Of a DNA stretch of 64,000 nucleotides, positions 24,657 through 35,280 are shown in pieces; position 1 is the first letter of the stretch, and the number at the start of each line of letters is the position of its first letter. The DNA comes from Glaucostegus cemiculus (taxonomy: Eukaryota): assembly GCA_976551045.1 (NCBI GenBank), contig CDPCPM010000052.1, positions 11,036,001 to 11,100,000 on the forward strand, read 5' to 3'. A program made the translations under genes and the position numbers. Under the pieces are notes generated by a model. The model made no database searches, was not told the origin of the DNA, and worked only from the letters and a program-made list of their open reading frames with translations.

Positions 24657-26434
24657 AATATATACATATTATTTTGGTTGCTTTGTGATCTTTGTGCATC
24701 ACTAGTTGCAAGTACTTGTCCATCCACAGTTCTCATCGCTCTGCCACTTCGCATTCGAGTCTCATCTTCTGAGGCACCAGGCTCTACATTTCCATTCATA
24801 AGCTTCCTTCTGCTTCTGAGGTCTCTCCACCTCACTTTTCAAGATACTCCTTGAAACCTACCTTTTAACCAAATATTTGATCACCTGCCCTGAGGTTTCT
24901 TTTTGTGGTGATCAAATTTTGACCTGGACCAGAACATCATTCCTAGGTCTAGGATTGGATCTTCAAGCCTAATTTCCTGTCTTATTCCCATGAAGTCCAT
25001 TTATCTCGGCCTTAAATAAATAATAACATGAGATAAAATTATTCACATTTACAATCCTCTTCATTGTGAAATTTCTCATATCAGCTTGAGCCTGTTCCCC
25101 TCAAGAAAGGAGGCCCTTTGCATCTGTCCTGTCAACTTCTTTGTTTTGGTGAGAGCTCCTGAACTCCAGTGAGTATTGGCCAGTTTTATCTGATCTCTTC
25201 TCATACAACAAGCCCTTTATCCCTGGAATCTAGTGAATCTATTGTGGAGTGACTCAAAGGGAGCTCTTCATTCTTTTGGTGTGGAGTGTAAAACTTTGCA
25301 CAGTACTCATAGTAAGGTCTGGTGAATCTGAGGCTTTAATGAGCATGTGAGACAATACTTTTGATTTATTCTTCCTCCTTGCTTGTACCTGCATGTTTAC
25401 TTTCTACATCTCACAAGTATCAAGATCCCTCTGTTAATCAAAATTTATTAGTGTTTCTGTGTTCCAAAAAATAATTTTCCTACCAAAGTGCACCATATCA
25501 TATTAACCCAATTTCTATTGCAGCTGCACTACCTTGCCCACTCTCTCAACATGTGCATATATACCGAGGGAGACTGCCTTCGCCTCACGGTTCACTTTCT
25601 AACCTTACTCAATATCGTAGCCAATTAAGATAAATTGCAGAGGCCCAAGAAATGGACCCTCTAAAATCCCTTGGTACTCACCTGATTCTGTTTCCCACAT
25701 TCTCTTGAAACTTAACCGGAACTCATATCCCGCGCTCCTTTTAAACTTAATGGGTTCATTGGAAAATGTATTATTCCATCGTGTAACATTGAAAACAACG
25801 TAAATTAAAAGTGTGTTGTATTATCAATCCAATAGTGTATTAAAAAAACTGGCTGGCCCTACATTGGCGAAGTGCATGATTTACCGGATTAAAGGAGTTT
25901 TCCCCATTGTTTAATACTTGGCAATTTTACATTCTCTGTGGTAATTTCTCCCTGCGTTGTCTCTATGGACGCTCACTTGACGTTGTGTCGAAGTAATTTC
26001 ATCCTCGGAGAAGTAACTGCAAGAGTCGTCGCGATCAAGACTAATTGAGTAATTCAGCCAGTTGAGTATGAATTTTGTTAAAATCGCACAACCAAATTCT
26101 AATATATTACCATAGAGCTGTTGCAGAGTCTGCTGATTTTACCATGTTAGGTAACCGTCTTCACCCATGCACGTAACAAGACAGTGGTGCTCATCCTGAA
26201 CCAGTACGTCATTCCCAGGTCTAGGAACGGGTCTTCAATTGGGTAATCTCATTCCCCATCTCCGGCGACCAAAGGTCAAGAGCGTAGGACAAATCTGGCA
26301 CTGGGGGGACCAGGATGATGGAAAAAGCAGCATCTGTGGAAAAGAAAGCGAGAATAAACTGCCTCAAAGTGCTGCATGAATAATTATTGCCAACAATGCC
26401 CAGATCCTGAAAAAATGAATAACTCTCAAACTCC

Positions 26435-26673
26435 GGAGACACAGGAGACTGCAGATGCTGGAATCTAGAGCAACGACTAAGATGCTGTTTTCTGTTTTCT
26501 TGTGAAAGCTGATTACTATGTGCCTGGCTTGATGCTGCAGGTAAGTTTTCATTGCACCTATGCATACATGTACTTGGCCCAGATGAAGGGTCTCGACCCA
26601 AAAGGTCGACTGTCCAGTTCCCTCCACAGATGCTGCCTGACTCACTGAGTTTCCCCAGCATCTAGTTTGTTGT
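26435..26673 (+). mobile_element. Penelope-derived palindromic element with degenerate hammerhead core and a captured internal fragment
   Basis: Left arm gagactgcagatgctggaatctagagcaac; core CAGATGA-AGGGTCTCGACCC-AAAAG-GTC-GACTG at 26580-26612; right arm cagatgctgcctgactcactgagtttccccagca. Confidence 0.7.
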
Positions 26674-26794
26674 CCAACTTCATCTGGTCGTATTTAACGA
26701 TAAAGCTTTTCATCTCAAAAGAACATGTCACAAGCCATCATCTTCCTAGTGGGCCCTTTAATATGAATTTGGTTTGTTAGGCGATGCATTGCCC

Positions 26795-27465
26795 TTTTGA
26801 GCCAGGCGTCACTTCCTGGCGTAAGTTACATTTCATTTTTTTTTGGGCGCGGCGCATGCGCAAGGTCGTGTCTCATTGACAAAGTTACATTCACAAAGTA
26901 TCTCCCGGGCAGTGACGCCGCTCCGGGATGCGCCGCGTTCTCGGCTCACGGTGGCTGCTGGCGGGAGTCTCCCTGGCCGCGGGAGCCGGGTTGGGGCTCG
27001 GGTACGGAACCCGCCGGCACCAAGAGGCTTCCGATCACCTCCTCCGTCTCCCTGTGATTCCGATCCCGGCAGTAACCGCGGATGCCATTGGCAACAAGTC
27101 CTTGGTACCAATCGGTCCGACTCAGCCCAGCCTCGGCAAGACGACTGAAATCATGAAGTTCGGGTTCCCCTCTCTGTCCCACATCAAGACCCGCGAATCA
27201 TACGTGTTGGCCTATGACCCACGCACCAGGAATGCCCTGTGGGTACTGGAGCAATTGGACGCGGCCAGGCTGGGCCAGTCCTGCTCCGACCGCAGTCAAA
27301 GTGAGTTCAAGGAGGACGAATCTGTGCACGAATACCACCGAGCACAGAACGGCGACTACAAAGGGAGCGGTTTTGACCGGGGTCACTTGGCAGCAGCCGG
27401 CAACCATAAGCAGAGCCAGAAATGCATGGATGATACCTTCTACCTCAGCAACATAGTACCGCAGG
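26795..27465 (+). promoter_or_regulatory. ENDOG CpG-island promoter and first exon; ETS/CRE composite (26806-26818) and NRF1 site (26851-26862)
   Basis: Sharp rise in CpG density; GCGTCACTTCCTG (reverse: CAGGAAGTGACGC) and GGCGCATGCGCA within 125 bp upstream of the ATG. Confidence 0.75.
26928..27464 (+). CDS. ENDOG: ENDOG exon 1
   Basis: ATG at 26928, 179 codons including DRGH, donor CAG|GTAAAA. Confidence 0.95.
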
Positions 27466-30400
27466 TAAAACGTACAAAGCTCCAGATGCTAGATATCCGA
27501 AACACAGAGAGAGAAAGCTGGAAACTCAGCAGGTCAGGAAGCATCAGTGAGGAGAGACACAGAGCCAATAAACAATCTGCTGGAGCAATACAGCAGTAGC
27601 AATATAAGAAATAGGAGATATACAAATGAATTATTGCTTCACCGGTTGAGGACAAGGAAACTTTATCCTTGTTCTGGCCAGGAGGAAACAGTTCAGAGGG
27701 AACTGTTCCCTCCCTGACTCCCTGGTCCACTCTTCCATCTCCACAAGCCACTCCCCTTCTCACAGCACTTTCCTGTGCAACTGTGGGAGATACATTACCT
27801 GTTCTCTCACCTTGGCCCTTCCCACCATCAAGGAACCCAAACAGCCCTTGCAGGTGAGGAAGCATTTCATTTGCACTTCAGTGTAGTGTAGTGCATTGCA
27901 TTTGGTCCTTATGATGTGATCCCTTCAACAGTGGAAAAAACAAATGCAGATTTGGTGAACACATTGCAGAACACCTCCCTTATGTTCACATGGGTGACTC
28001 TGACCTTCCAGTCGCCTGTCACATTAATTCTCCATCCCACTGCTATTCTGACCTCTGCCTTTGGCCTTCAATGTTGCTCCAAAGTTATTCAGGATCAGGC
28101 TTAAGGATCAGCAGCTCATCTTCTGCCTTGTCATGTTACAACCATTGGGACTTGATATTGATTTTAATAATTTAAAGTAAAACCCTCTTTTTTGTAAATG
28201 TGGCTAAACCTTTGTTTTATTTTGTTATGTTTCAGTTTCTCTCTATCATTTTGTCCCAGTTGCGGGTTCTTAAAGTCATTTGGAGTCTTCCAGTCCTCTA
28301 ATCAAAGAATATAGGGAAATTAAGTTCAGATCCTTTTTCATTTCCTTCCTTGCTTCCTTCAATATGCATTTTATCTATTTGGTCTCTGTCTCTTTCTCTC
28401 TCTCCCTATTATAATACAATATTTCAGAATCAGAATCAGTTTTATTGTCACAACCACATACATACAAAGTATGCAGAGGAGCGATATACCGTCCTCCTCA
28501 TGGTCTCGTCCCATACAAAAAATGACATAACAACCAACAGAGACACATACACACTTGGCAGAATACATAGTATAGATCATTACACCTTAAAAGCTAAGGG
28601 GATTGAACTTAAATTCAGGATCGATTTATCGAATTTCACTTACACGTATACATGTGCAAAAGACATCAAAGACAACAAAGGACACCTGGACAAAAACATC
28701 AAAACATTAACAGCCCCCCTGCCTCACCCCGCACCGACGACCACCTCCAACCCCCCCAGTCCTACAACCTCAGGGCCCACAGACCATCAACAACCCCCGG
28801 CCCACAGTCCGACCACCTCCGGCTCCTTCGCCTCCGGCACCACCTCCAGCCCACAGTCCGACCACCTCTGGCCCACAGTCCGACCACCTCCGGCCCACAG
28901 TCCGACCACCTCCGGCACCTCCGACTCCGCAGTCCGACGACCTCCGGACCCGAATTCCAGCTCCGCAGTCCGACGACCTCCGACCCGAATTCCGGCCTCG
29001 CATTCCGACGACCTCCGGCCCGAATTCCGACTCCGCAGGCCGACCACCTCCGACCCGAATTCCAGCCTCGCAGTCCGACGACCTCCGACCCGAATTCCGA
29101 CTCCGCAGGCCGACCACCTCCGGCCCGAGCAGCCCCCTCACCGCCCGCATCCCGACGCCACCACGAGGCTCCCGGGCCTTCAAGACGCTGCCGCCTCCGA
29201 CGAGCTCCGACGAGCCGTCTTCTTGCACAATATCCACAATGTCAGTGTCTACATCCCATCTCCTTTATGTAGAGGGTTGCAAATTACTAATTTCTCTACA
29301 CTTGGGCTAACCTTAATCATTCTTTGCTATTATTTTTCTCATAATAATAAAATAGCTGAGGGCTTTCTAATTTTAACTTGCCAATATATTTTTCCTGCTC
29401 CCTCTCTGCCTTCCTAATTGTTTGTTTTATTTTCAGAGCCCCTTCTGTTTAGCTTTCTTTTGGCATTGTGAAAGACTGCAGTGGGCAAAATGACATTTCG
29501 GTAGCAATTCAAGTAATTTAACATTCTGTTACTTTTACACTTGAATATGGTAATTGTTAGTCAATAGGAACAGCACCCATTTAGCATCACATGATGAAAC
29601 ACTAGCAGAGTTGTTAAATAATCATATCAATTGGTCTCAATTAATCCACAATAGACATAAGATTTAAACAGAAATCCTCAGGGGCAGAGTTTTGGGAACT
29701 CTTAAGTTCAGTATCACCTGTTTTTTCTAAATTTGCTACATTTATCACATGTCACATTTCAAATTTATTCAAGTACTTTAATCATATGTTGTTGCAGAAG
29801 AATAATATAGTATAAAACACTGTTGTAAGTATATAAATGTAGTCATGGCTGCAGTTGAGAGGAATGCTGGAAAATAATATTAACATAGAAAAGCTAAGTT
29901 TGAAACATTGACATATTTGAGCTGGAGTTTGGGAATGTGTTTCTAATCTACCAAGAAATAAGGAAATATTTCCACAGACAAATAGACAGCTGCAGGGAAT
30001 GGCATATCATGGTCAATAACTTCATTCTCACTGGTTCTAAAATGTGGTCACAGCAATCTGATGGCGTTTAGGGGAAAGCATGTTTTCAATTCTGGTATAT
30101 AGTAAATTTCTGGTAAAGTTACAGCTTCTTGCAGTTGAGAACTAAGCAGCCTTTGATAGGGATATTAATACAGTCTGAAGCATAACCTCTCTTCACCTTA
30201 AGAGAAAGAAATGAATCCGAGGGATACATTCAGAGAACAGTGCTGGCACTCTGACCAGCAATGGATTTTGTTTTCATTTTAGTAACTATTGTTTTAATAC
30301 TGATGTGTATTCATTTTCTCTGGAGAAATAAAACCAACTGCTTGTGACCATGTTGTTGTCAAATTGAATCATGAACCCACACACAAAAGCACATTTTACT

Positions 30401-31982
30401 ATCTATTCATTGTCTTTTTCTGTGCTAGATTTAGTTTGTATCTACTTCATTACTTTCCTTTAGAATCCTAATTTAAATAAGAGTGCCTGGAACAATCTGG
30501 AGAAGTACTGCCGGAGCCTGACCAAGTACAACAAAAATGTGTATGTTTGCACTGGACCCCTTTATCTGCCGAGGTATGTCTCTGACCCTTCCATTGGGTT
30601 GCTTAGGACAGCAGATGATCCATTATTAAACTCAGTATAATCTAAGCCACTTAAAAGCAAAGTAACTTTTCACAGCATAGAGGTGGAAGTCTTACTTTGG
30701 AGGAAGATGCCATAGCAAGTATCCATTCGGTGTTAGTTGATCACAGATAGAGCAACATATTGCTTCGCAGCTTGGGAAAGGTTCCCTGCTCCTTATTACT
30801 ATCCAGAGAACCTTTCTGCAAACTTTGTCGGGACTGTTGATGAGGACAGCCTCTCCTGCAATGAATTTGTTCAACAAGTAACCTTGTGGGTTGCTGAGAT
30901 TCACATGGTGAACTTGGGTATGCAAGAGGAAGCTGCCACCTTTGGTTAAGTGATGTAAAGAGATGATTGAACACCTTGAGGAGGAGTGGGAGAGGGATAA
31001 TGGGTGTGACAAGCATTGGATAATAGTACACCACCAAATCCTGTGCTACCCTCTTCCCGAATTCTGCAGCTTCTGCTCTGGAGAAGGGAGGGCCAGGAAT
31101 AAGTGTGGAATATTGGCAGGTCAGGCCTTACAGTCTTGGGAGCTGGGTTCTGGTGTTAGACACCAACAGCAAGATATAGGGGAAAATGGAGAATGAGCAA
31201 CATTGCACCCTACCCACTTAAAAATAAATACTCATAGGTACAGTGAAAAGGGATCTGTATAACGTCATGAAGAAGCAGCTCCCCCCAAAGCCATTAGCTC
31301 CTTAAATACGGTGGACTGAAGGGCCTATTTTTATACTGTACAACACTTTGACTAAGTTGAGTTTCCTTGTCAATTAATACTGCACTACTGGAGTGTTATC
31401 TGTCAGCTGAGGCACCAGACTAAAGCCCTGCCTGTGTTATTAAATGTGGGTAAATGGTCACTGCTTCAAAGAAGAGCAAGGGAATTCTCACTGGCCAATA
31501 TTTATCCCAAATACAACATTAAACTTGTTATCTGGGTGCTTGTGAAACCTTGCTGTGTGTAGATTGGTCACAGTGTTTCTCGCATTACAACAAAGCACTT
31601 CTTAATTGCTTTGAATATAAAACATTTTGGGACTTCCTGAAGTCATGTATAAATCCCATGTTATTTTAAAATGGAGTTGTCTGGTTATGTTTTGACCAGG
31701 AGGGAGCCAGATGGAAAGATGTATGTTAAGTATCAGGTCATCGGGAAGAATAACGTTGCAGTTCCAACACACATCTTTAAAGTGGTGATACTGGAGAAAC
31801 ACAGCGGGGAAATTGAACTGCGGTCGTATGTAATGCCAAATCTGCCAGTTTCGGAGAATATTCCTCTTGAAAGTTTCTTGGTGCCAATCGAAAGCATTGA
31901 GCGTGCATCTGGCCTTCTGTTTGTCAGCAACATTCTGAAAAGAACCAATAACCTGAAAGCCATAAGTGCCAGTAATAAATAA
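26928..31982 (+). CDS. ENDOG: Endonuclease G, mitochondrial; exons 26928-27464, 30464-30573, 31700-31982 (930 nt, 309 aa)
   Basis: Basic/hydrophobic N-terminal targeting-like peptide, GFDRGHLAAAGNH catalytic DRGH motif, NLNKSAWNNLEKYCR metal-binding Asn region, C-terminal VPIESIERASGLLFV; GT-AG introns of phase 0 and 2. Confidence 0.97.
27475..28180 (+). mobile_element. Penelope-like element remnant (GIY-YIG endonuclease region)
   Basis: Frameshifted pieces resembling the PLE endonuclease (T-IKEPKQPLQVRKHFICT..., GDSDLPVACHINSPSH), preceded by the family terminal arm at 27478-27565. Confidence 0.7.
28423..29226 (-). mobile_element. Composite non-autonomous retroposon with internal GC-rich VNTR
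   Basis: On the minus strand: GC-rich head, VNTR, then AATAAAA-CTGATTCTGATTCTG tail shared with 59024 and 55031; candidate TSD acaatat at 28416-28422 and 29227-29233. Confidence 0.65.
28735..29128. repeat. Two-tier minisatellite (about 22-bp units, then 35-bp units)
   Basis: cagtccgaccacctccggccca units, then cgcagtccgacgacctccgacccgaattccagcct-type units with GAATTC at 28952, 28987, 29022, 29057 and 29092 (exact 35-bp period). Confidence 0.95.
30464..30573 (+). CDS. ENDOG: ENDOG exon 2
   Basis: Acceptor ctttag, NPNLNKSAWNNLEKYCRSLTKYNKNVYVCTGPLYLPR, donor GTATGT. Confidence 0.95.
31365..31660 (+). mobile_element. Deu-domain SINE, decayed
   Basis: cttcaaagaagagcaagggaattctcactggccaatatttatccc...ccttgctgtgtgtagattgg...cattacaaca...tttgggacttcctgaagtcatg. 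Confidence 0.65.
31700..31982 (+). CDS. ENDOG: ENDOG exon 3
   Basis: Acceptor gaccag, REPDGKMYVKYQVIGKNNVAVPTH...KAISASNK-TAA. Confidence 0.95.
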
Positions 31983-32029
31983 ATGGCATATAGGGCAGTG
32001 ACTTGAGGTAGGAAATTACCAGGATGGGG

Positions 32030-32088
32030 AATAAAGATTTGTTTTTGAATGAATTGCACCCCTTCATTTTATGGCTTGAATAAATAAA
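32030..32088 (+). terminator. ENDOG poly(A) signals
   Basis: AATAAA at 32030-32035 and overlapping AATAAA at 32079-32084 and 32083-32088, 50-100 nt after the stop, followed by T-rich sequence. Confidence 0.6.
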
Positions 32089-33249
32089 GTTTATCCTTAA
32101 TTCCCTTATTTAGGTTATCTCCTCATTTGAATGTTTTATGCACCTCTCATGTTATTTATGATGTTTAACTGAAATTATTATTAAACTCAAAACTGCAAAG
32201 GAAGCACTGTTAACATGGAGATGACTATTATTGGAATATTCTACAGTTTTTCTTACTGGACTTAAACATTATTTCAGGCCTTATTGCGGCTTCCGGGGAT
32301 CAGATGGGTCAGCTCTTTTTTCTTAGAGTGTGGACATTGTTGGCAAGGCCAGCACGCATTCACCATTTGGAGTTGTGAGTGCGGGTGAAAAAAATCCTGT
32401 TACATTAATTGAAGGAGAATGGAGAGTTCATCTAGCAGCATTTGAACCTCAAAGGTCCTATTTTGTAAAAAGCAAACTGGTTGATTAATCCTTCTGTTTG
32501 TGGGTGCTTGCTGTTCAGAAATTAGCTTTTCCAAAATACTTAGGACATGACCTGAAACATTCTCTCCACAGATACTGCCTGAATTACTACTTCCATCCAG
32601 CATTTTAATGTCTTTTTTAATTTCAGGACTTCAAGTATTTGCCTTTTGCTTCAGAAGTACTCCATTGACTCCCTGGATTGTTTTGAGGTTGTGAAAGCTG
32701 TAGTATAACCAAGTACTTTTTCTTTTAAACCACCCCTAAGTGTTTCACATGCAGTAAGCGGAAATAAGCAATAGAACAGTGGGGGACATCCAAAATTGTG
32801 GTAAAAAAAATTGGCTTCTGTAGAGAAAAGAGAAGTAAAAACTGTAAACATTTTTGCAAGGTGATCACTATATTGATCTTTTTGCTGCTGGTCACACACC
32901 AAAAAAAGGATTTGTTTTGTCAAGTTCCATGTTTGTTGAAGTGTGTTGTTTGTTACAACTTTTAAAAGCCAGGATCATTACATTTGGTTTATATTTATTG
33001 TTTATAATTTTTATTAAAATTAAGTTTTGATTGTAAGGGTGTCATTGCTGATTTTGTTGTTTGAGCCATAATCAGATGTACATCATCTTGATTTGAGCTG
33101 CAAGTTCAAGAACCACAACAGGGACTTCATTCAGGTTGAATTCCATCAGTTTAAAACGATTACAGCTTTACAGATAGGAAATTCATTTATTGAAATGTCT
33201 CTAATTTAAAGTTAAATGTACCTTTTCCTTCTCAGCATGGAAAAGTAGT

Positions 33250-33925
33250 GCTTAGGGCTGGCGACCCAGAGTCATATAAGAAGTCCAGGTACGATCTCCA
33301 GAAGGGCACTCTAAACTGGAATCACAGGTAGATGCTTGATAGCTGTGGCAGGGCTTGCACAATAACTTTATACAAGGAGAGATCAGGTAGCATCAGTGGC
33401 AATGACCCATCACTCCCAGATGAGCTCAATGCCTTTTATGCATGTTTTGATAGGGAGAACTATGACACACCCACACACACACCCACATCTCTGGGTGACC
33501 CTGTAATTTCAGTCTCAGGTTGACTTCCAGGCATCCTTCAAGAGGGTGAATCCACAAAAGGCTTCTGGTCCAGACGGTGTACCTGGCCGAGTACTAAAGA
33601 TCTGTGCAGACCAACTGGCTGGAGTATTTACGTACATATTCAATCATTCACTTCTGTGGTCTGAGGTCCCCATCTACTTCAAAAAGCTATCTATTGTACC
33701 AGTGCCCAAGAAGAGCATGGTGACCTGTCTCAATGACTACTGTCCGGTAGTGTTTACATCAACTGTAATGAAGTGCTTCAAGGGGTTGGTTATGGCACAA
33801 ATCAACTCTTTCCTCAGAGGTGAACTGGATCTGCTCCAATTTGTCTACCACCACAACAGGTCAACAGCATTAGTGATTCCTCTGGATCTTTACTCTGCTC
33901 TGGACCAGCTGGACAAAAGGAACTT
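33250..33925 (+). mobile_element. Rex/Babar-like LINE internal RT fragment
   Basis: ORFs 33332-33523 (SLPDELNAFYACFD) and 33546-33995 (NPQKASGPDGVPGRVLKICADQLAGVFTYIFN...VPVPKK...CLNDYCPV). Confidence 0.9.
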
Positions 33926-34144
33926 GTGTCAGGCTGAATCCACTGTCATTATTTTCCTAGCGATATCAAAGTGCCTAAATTCAGTGGTGGTATAACTTTC
34001 ACTAATGGAATGGCATTCAGATTTGTTGCTGGAGGACAGACCTGACCAGTGACAGCTATATAGCTGGTGCGGCTTTTTTTTTAAAAAAACAAGATTACTT
34101 AATTTCAAACAAAAATGTAGAATGTGTACGTTCACAGTTCACAC

Positions 34145-34850
34145 ACAGAAACAAAGAAAATAGGATCAAGAGTAGCTCATTCAGCCCATTAGACTTGCTC
34201 CATTGTTCAATATGATCGTTCCTAATCATCCACTTTAGTATCCTGTTCCTCTCTTCTTAATGCTAAAAGAATTAAAATATATATCTATCTTCTTAAATAT
34301 ATTTAATGACTTGGCCTCCACTGTCTTCTGTGGCAGAAGATTTCACAGTTTCATTACCATCTGGATGAAGAAATTTCTTATCTTGGTTATGGCCTTGCAC
34401 CTTATTGTCTGCCTGCAATGTACTTTCTCTGTAACACAATATTCTGCATTCTGTCGTTGCTTTTCCCTTGTCCTACCTTGATGTACTGATGTGATGACCT
34501 GTACGGATGGCATGCAAAATAAAGTTTTTCATTGCACCTCGGTACATGTGACAATAATAAACCAATTACCCCCTATCCTGAGGCTGTGACGTCTGGTCTG
34601 GACTCCTTAGGTATCAAGAACATGTTTCCCCTGTCTTTCTAGTCCTCTAAGAATTACATAGGTTTCTCTGACATCGCCCCTCATTCTCTACAGTCCGACG
34701 AGTGTCGGTCTCCTCCACCCAGTCGCTCCACAGGGCTGCCGTCCCGGGAACCGACTGAGGAAACCTTTGATGCATTCACAACAGGACAAGAACATCCTTT
34801 GTCAGATAAGGAAACCAAGACCGCACGCAACCCCATGTGGGGTCAAATCA
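34145..34850 (-). mobile_element. CR1-like 3' fragment with a nested plus-strand LINE tail (34381-34570)
   Basis: CR1 3' UTR signature (atttaatgacttggcctccactgtcttctgtggcagaaga), interrupted by a Rex/L2-like tail ending gacaataataaaccaattacc. Confidence 0.6.
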
Positions 34851-34879
34851 CACGAAGCGTCAAATACACCAGTGTGAAG

Positions 34880-35280
34880 CAAATTTCATCCCCCCGTTTC
34901 GTTCACCTGTTGAGCAGACGGCAAAGGGCCCGTCACTCACGTCGGCTCCCCAGCCTACTGGATGGGCCAATAGGAGAGCGGCTTACTAGGCAGGCCTTCT
35001 CAGCGACCAGTAGGAGCGGCTCTTGTTGAGTCTTGGCTACCGAGTGGAAGCAGGCATGTCCGAGTTGCAGCAGCCGCTGAAGCGGTGGAAGGGGATGCAG
35101 GTGAGTCCTCCCAGGTCTCTCGTTAGATAGATGGATGGAGGGGAGGGACGGTCGGTCTGCAGGTGCTCACGGGCTCTCCGGGAACCCTGCGGTCTCCCCT
35201 GGCCGCGCCGTGGGGAGGGGTTCAGCTTCCCCCTTCAAACCCACGTTGCCGGCGTGTGTGGCCGGGCGCGGGTTGATTTA
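34880..35280 (+). promoter_or_regulatory. SPOUT1 CpG-island promoter and first exon
   Basis: Local CpG enrichment, CCAAT box at 34967-34971 (GGGCCAATAGGA), CRE-like CGTCA/CACGTC at 34931-34943, ATG at 35056. Confidence 0.65.
35056..35100 (+). CDS. SPOUT1: SPOUT1 exon 1
   Basis: ATG in CpG island, MSELQQPLKRWKGMQ, strong donor CAG|GTGAGT. Confidence 0.8.

Noticed and set aside
26821-26912. GTAAGT donor suggesting a 5' UTR intron in ENDOG
   Set aside because: The only nearby AG before the ATG lacks a good polypyrimidine tract, and the region reads better as core promoter.
27465-27599. C-terminal extension of the 223-aa ENDOG ORF (VKRTKLQMLDIRN...)
   Set aside because: Read-through past the exon 1 donor into an intronic repeat arm; the conserved protein continues in exon 30464-30573.
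28735-29128. Regularly spaced repeats as a possible CRISPR array
   Set aside because: The units are contiguous tandem copies with no unique spacers, there are no cas genes, and the context is a vertebrate intron.
28350-29417. 355-aa Pro/Ser/Thr-rich ORF and the overlapping 206, 155 and 86-aa ORFs
   Set aside because: Several frames on both strands stay open because the GC-rich VNTR lacks stop codons. It starts at TTG, lies within ENDOG intron 1, and has no recognisable domain.
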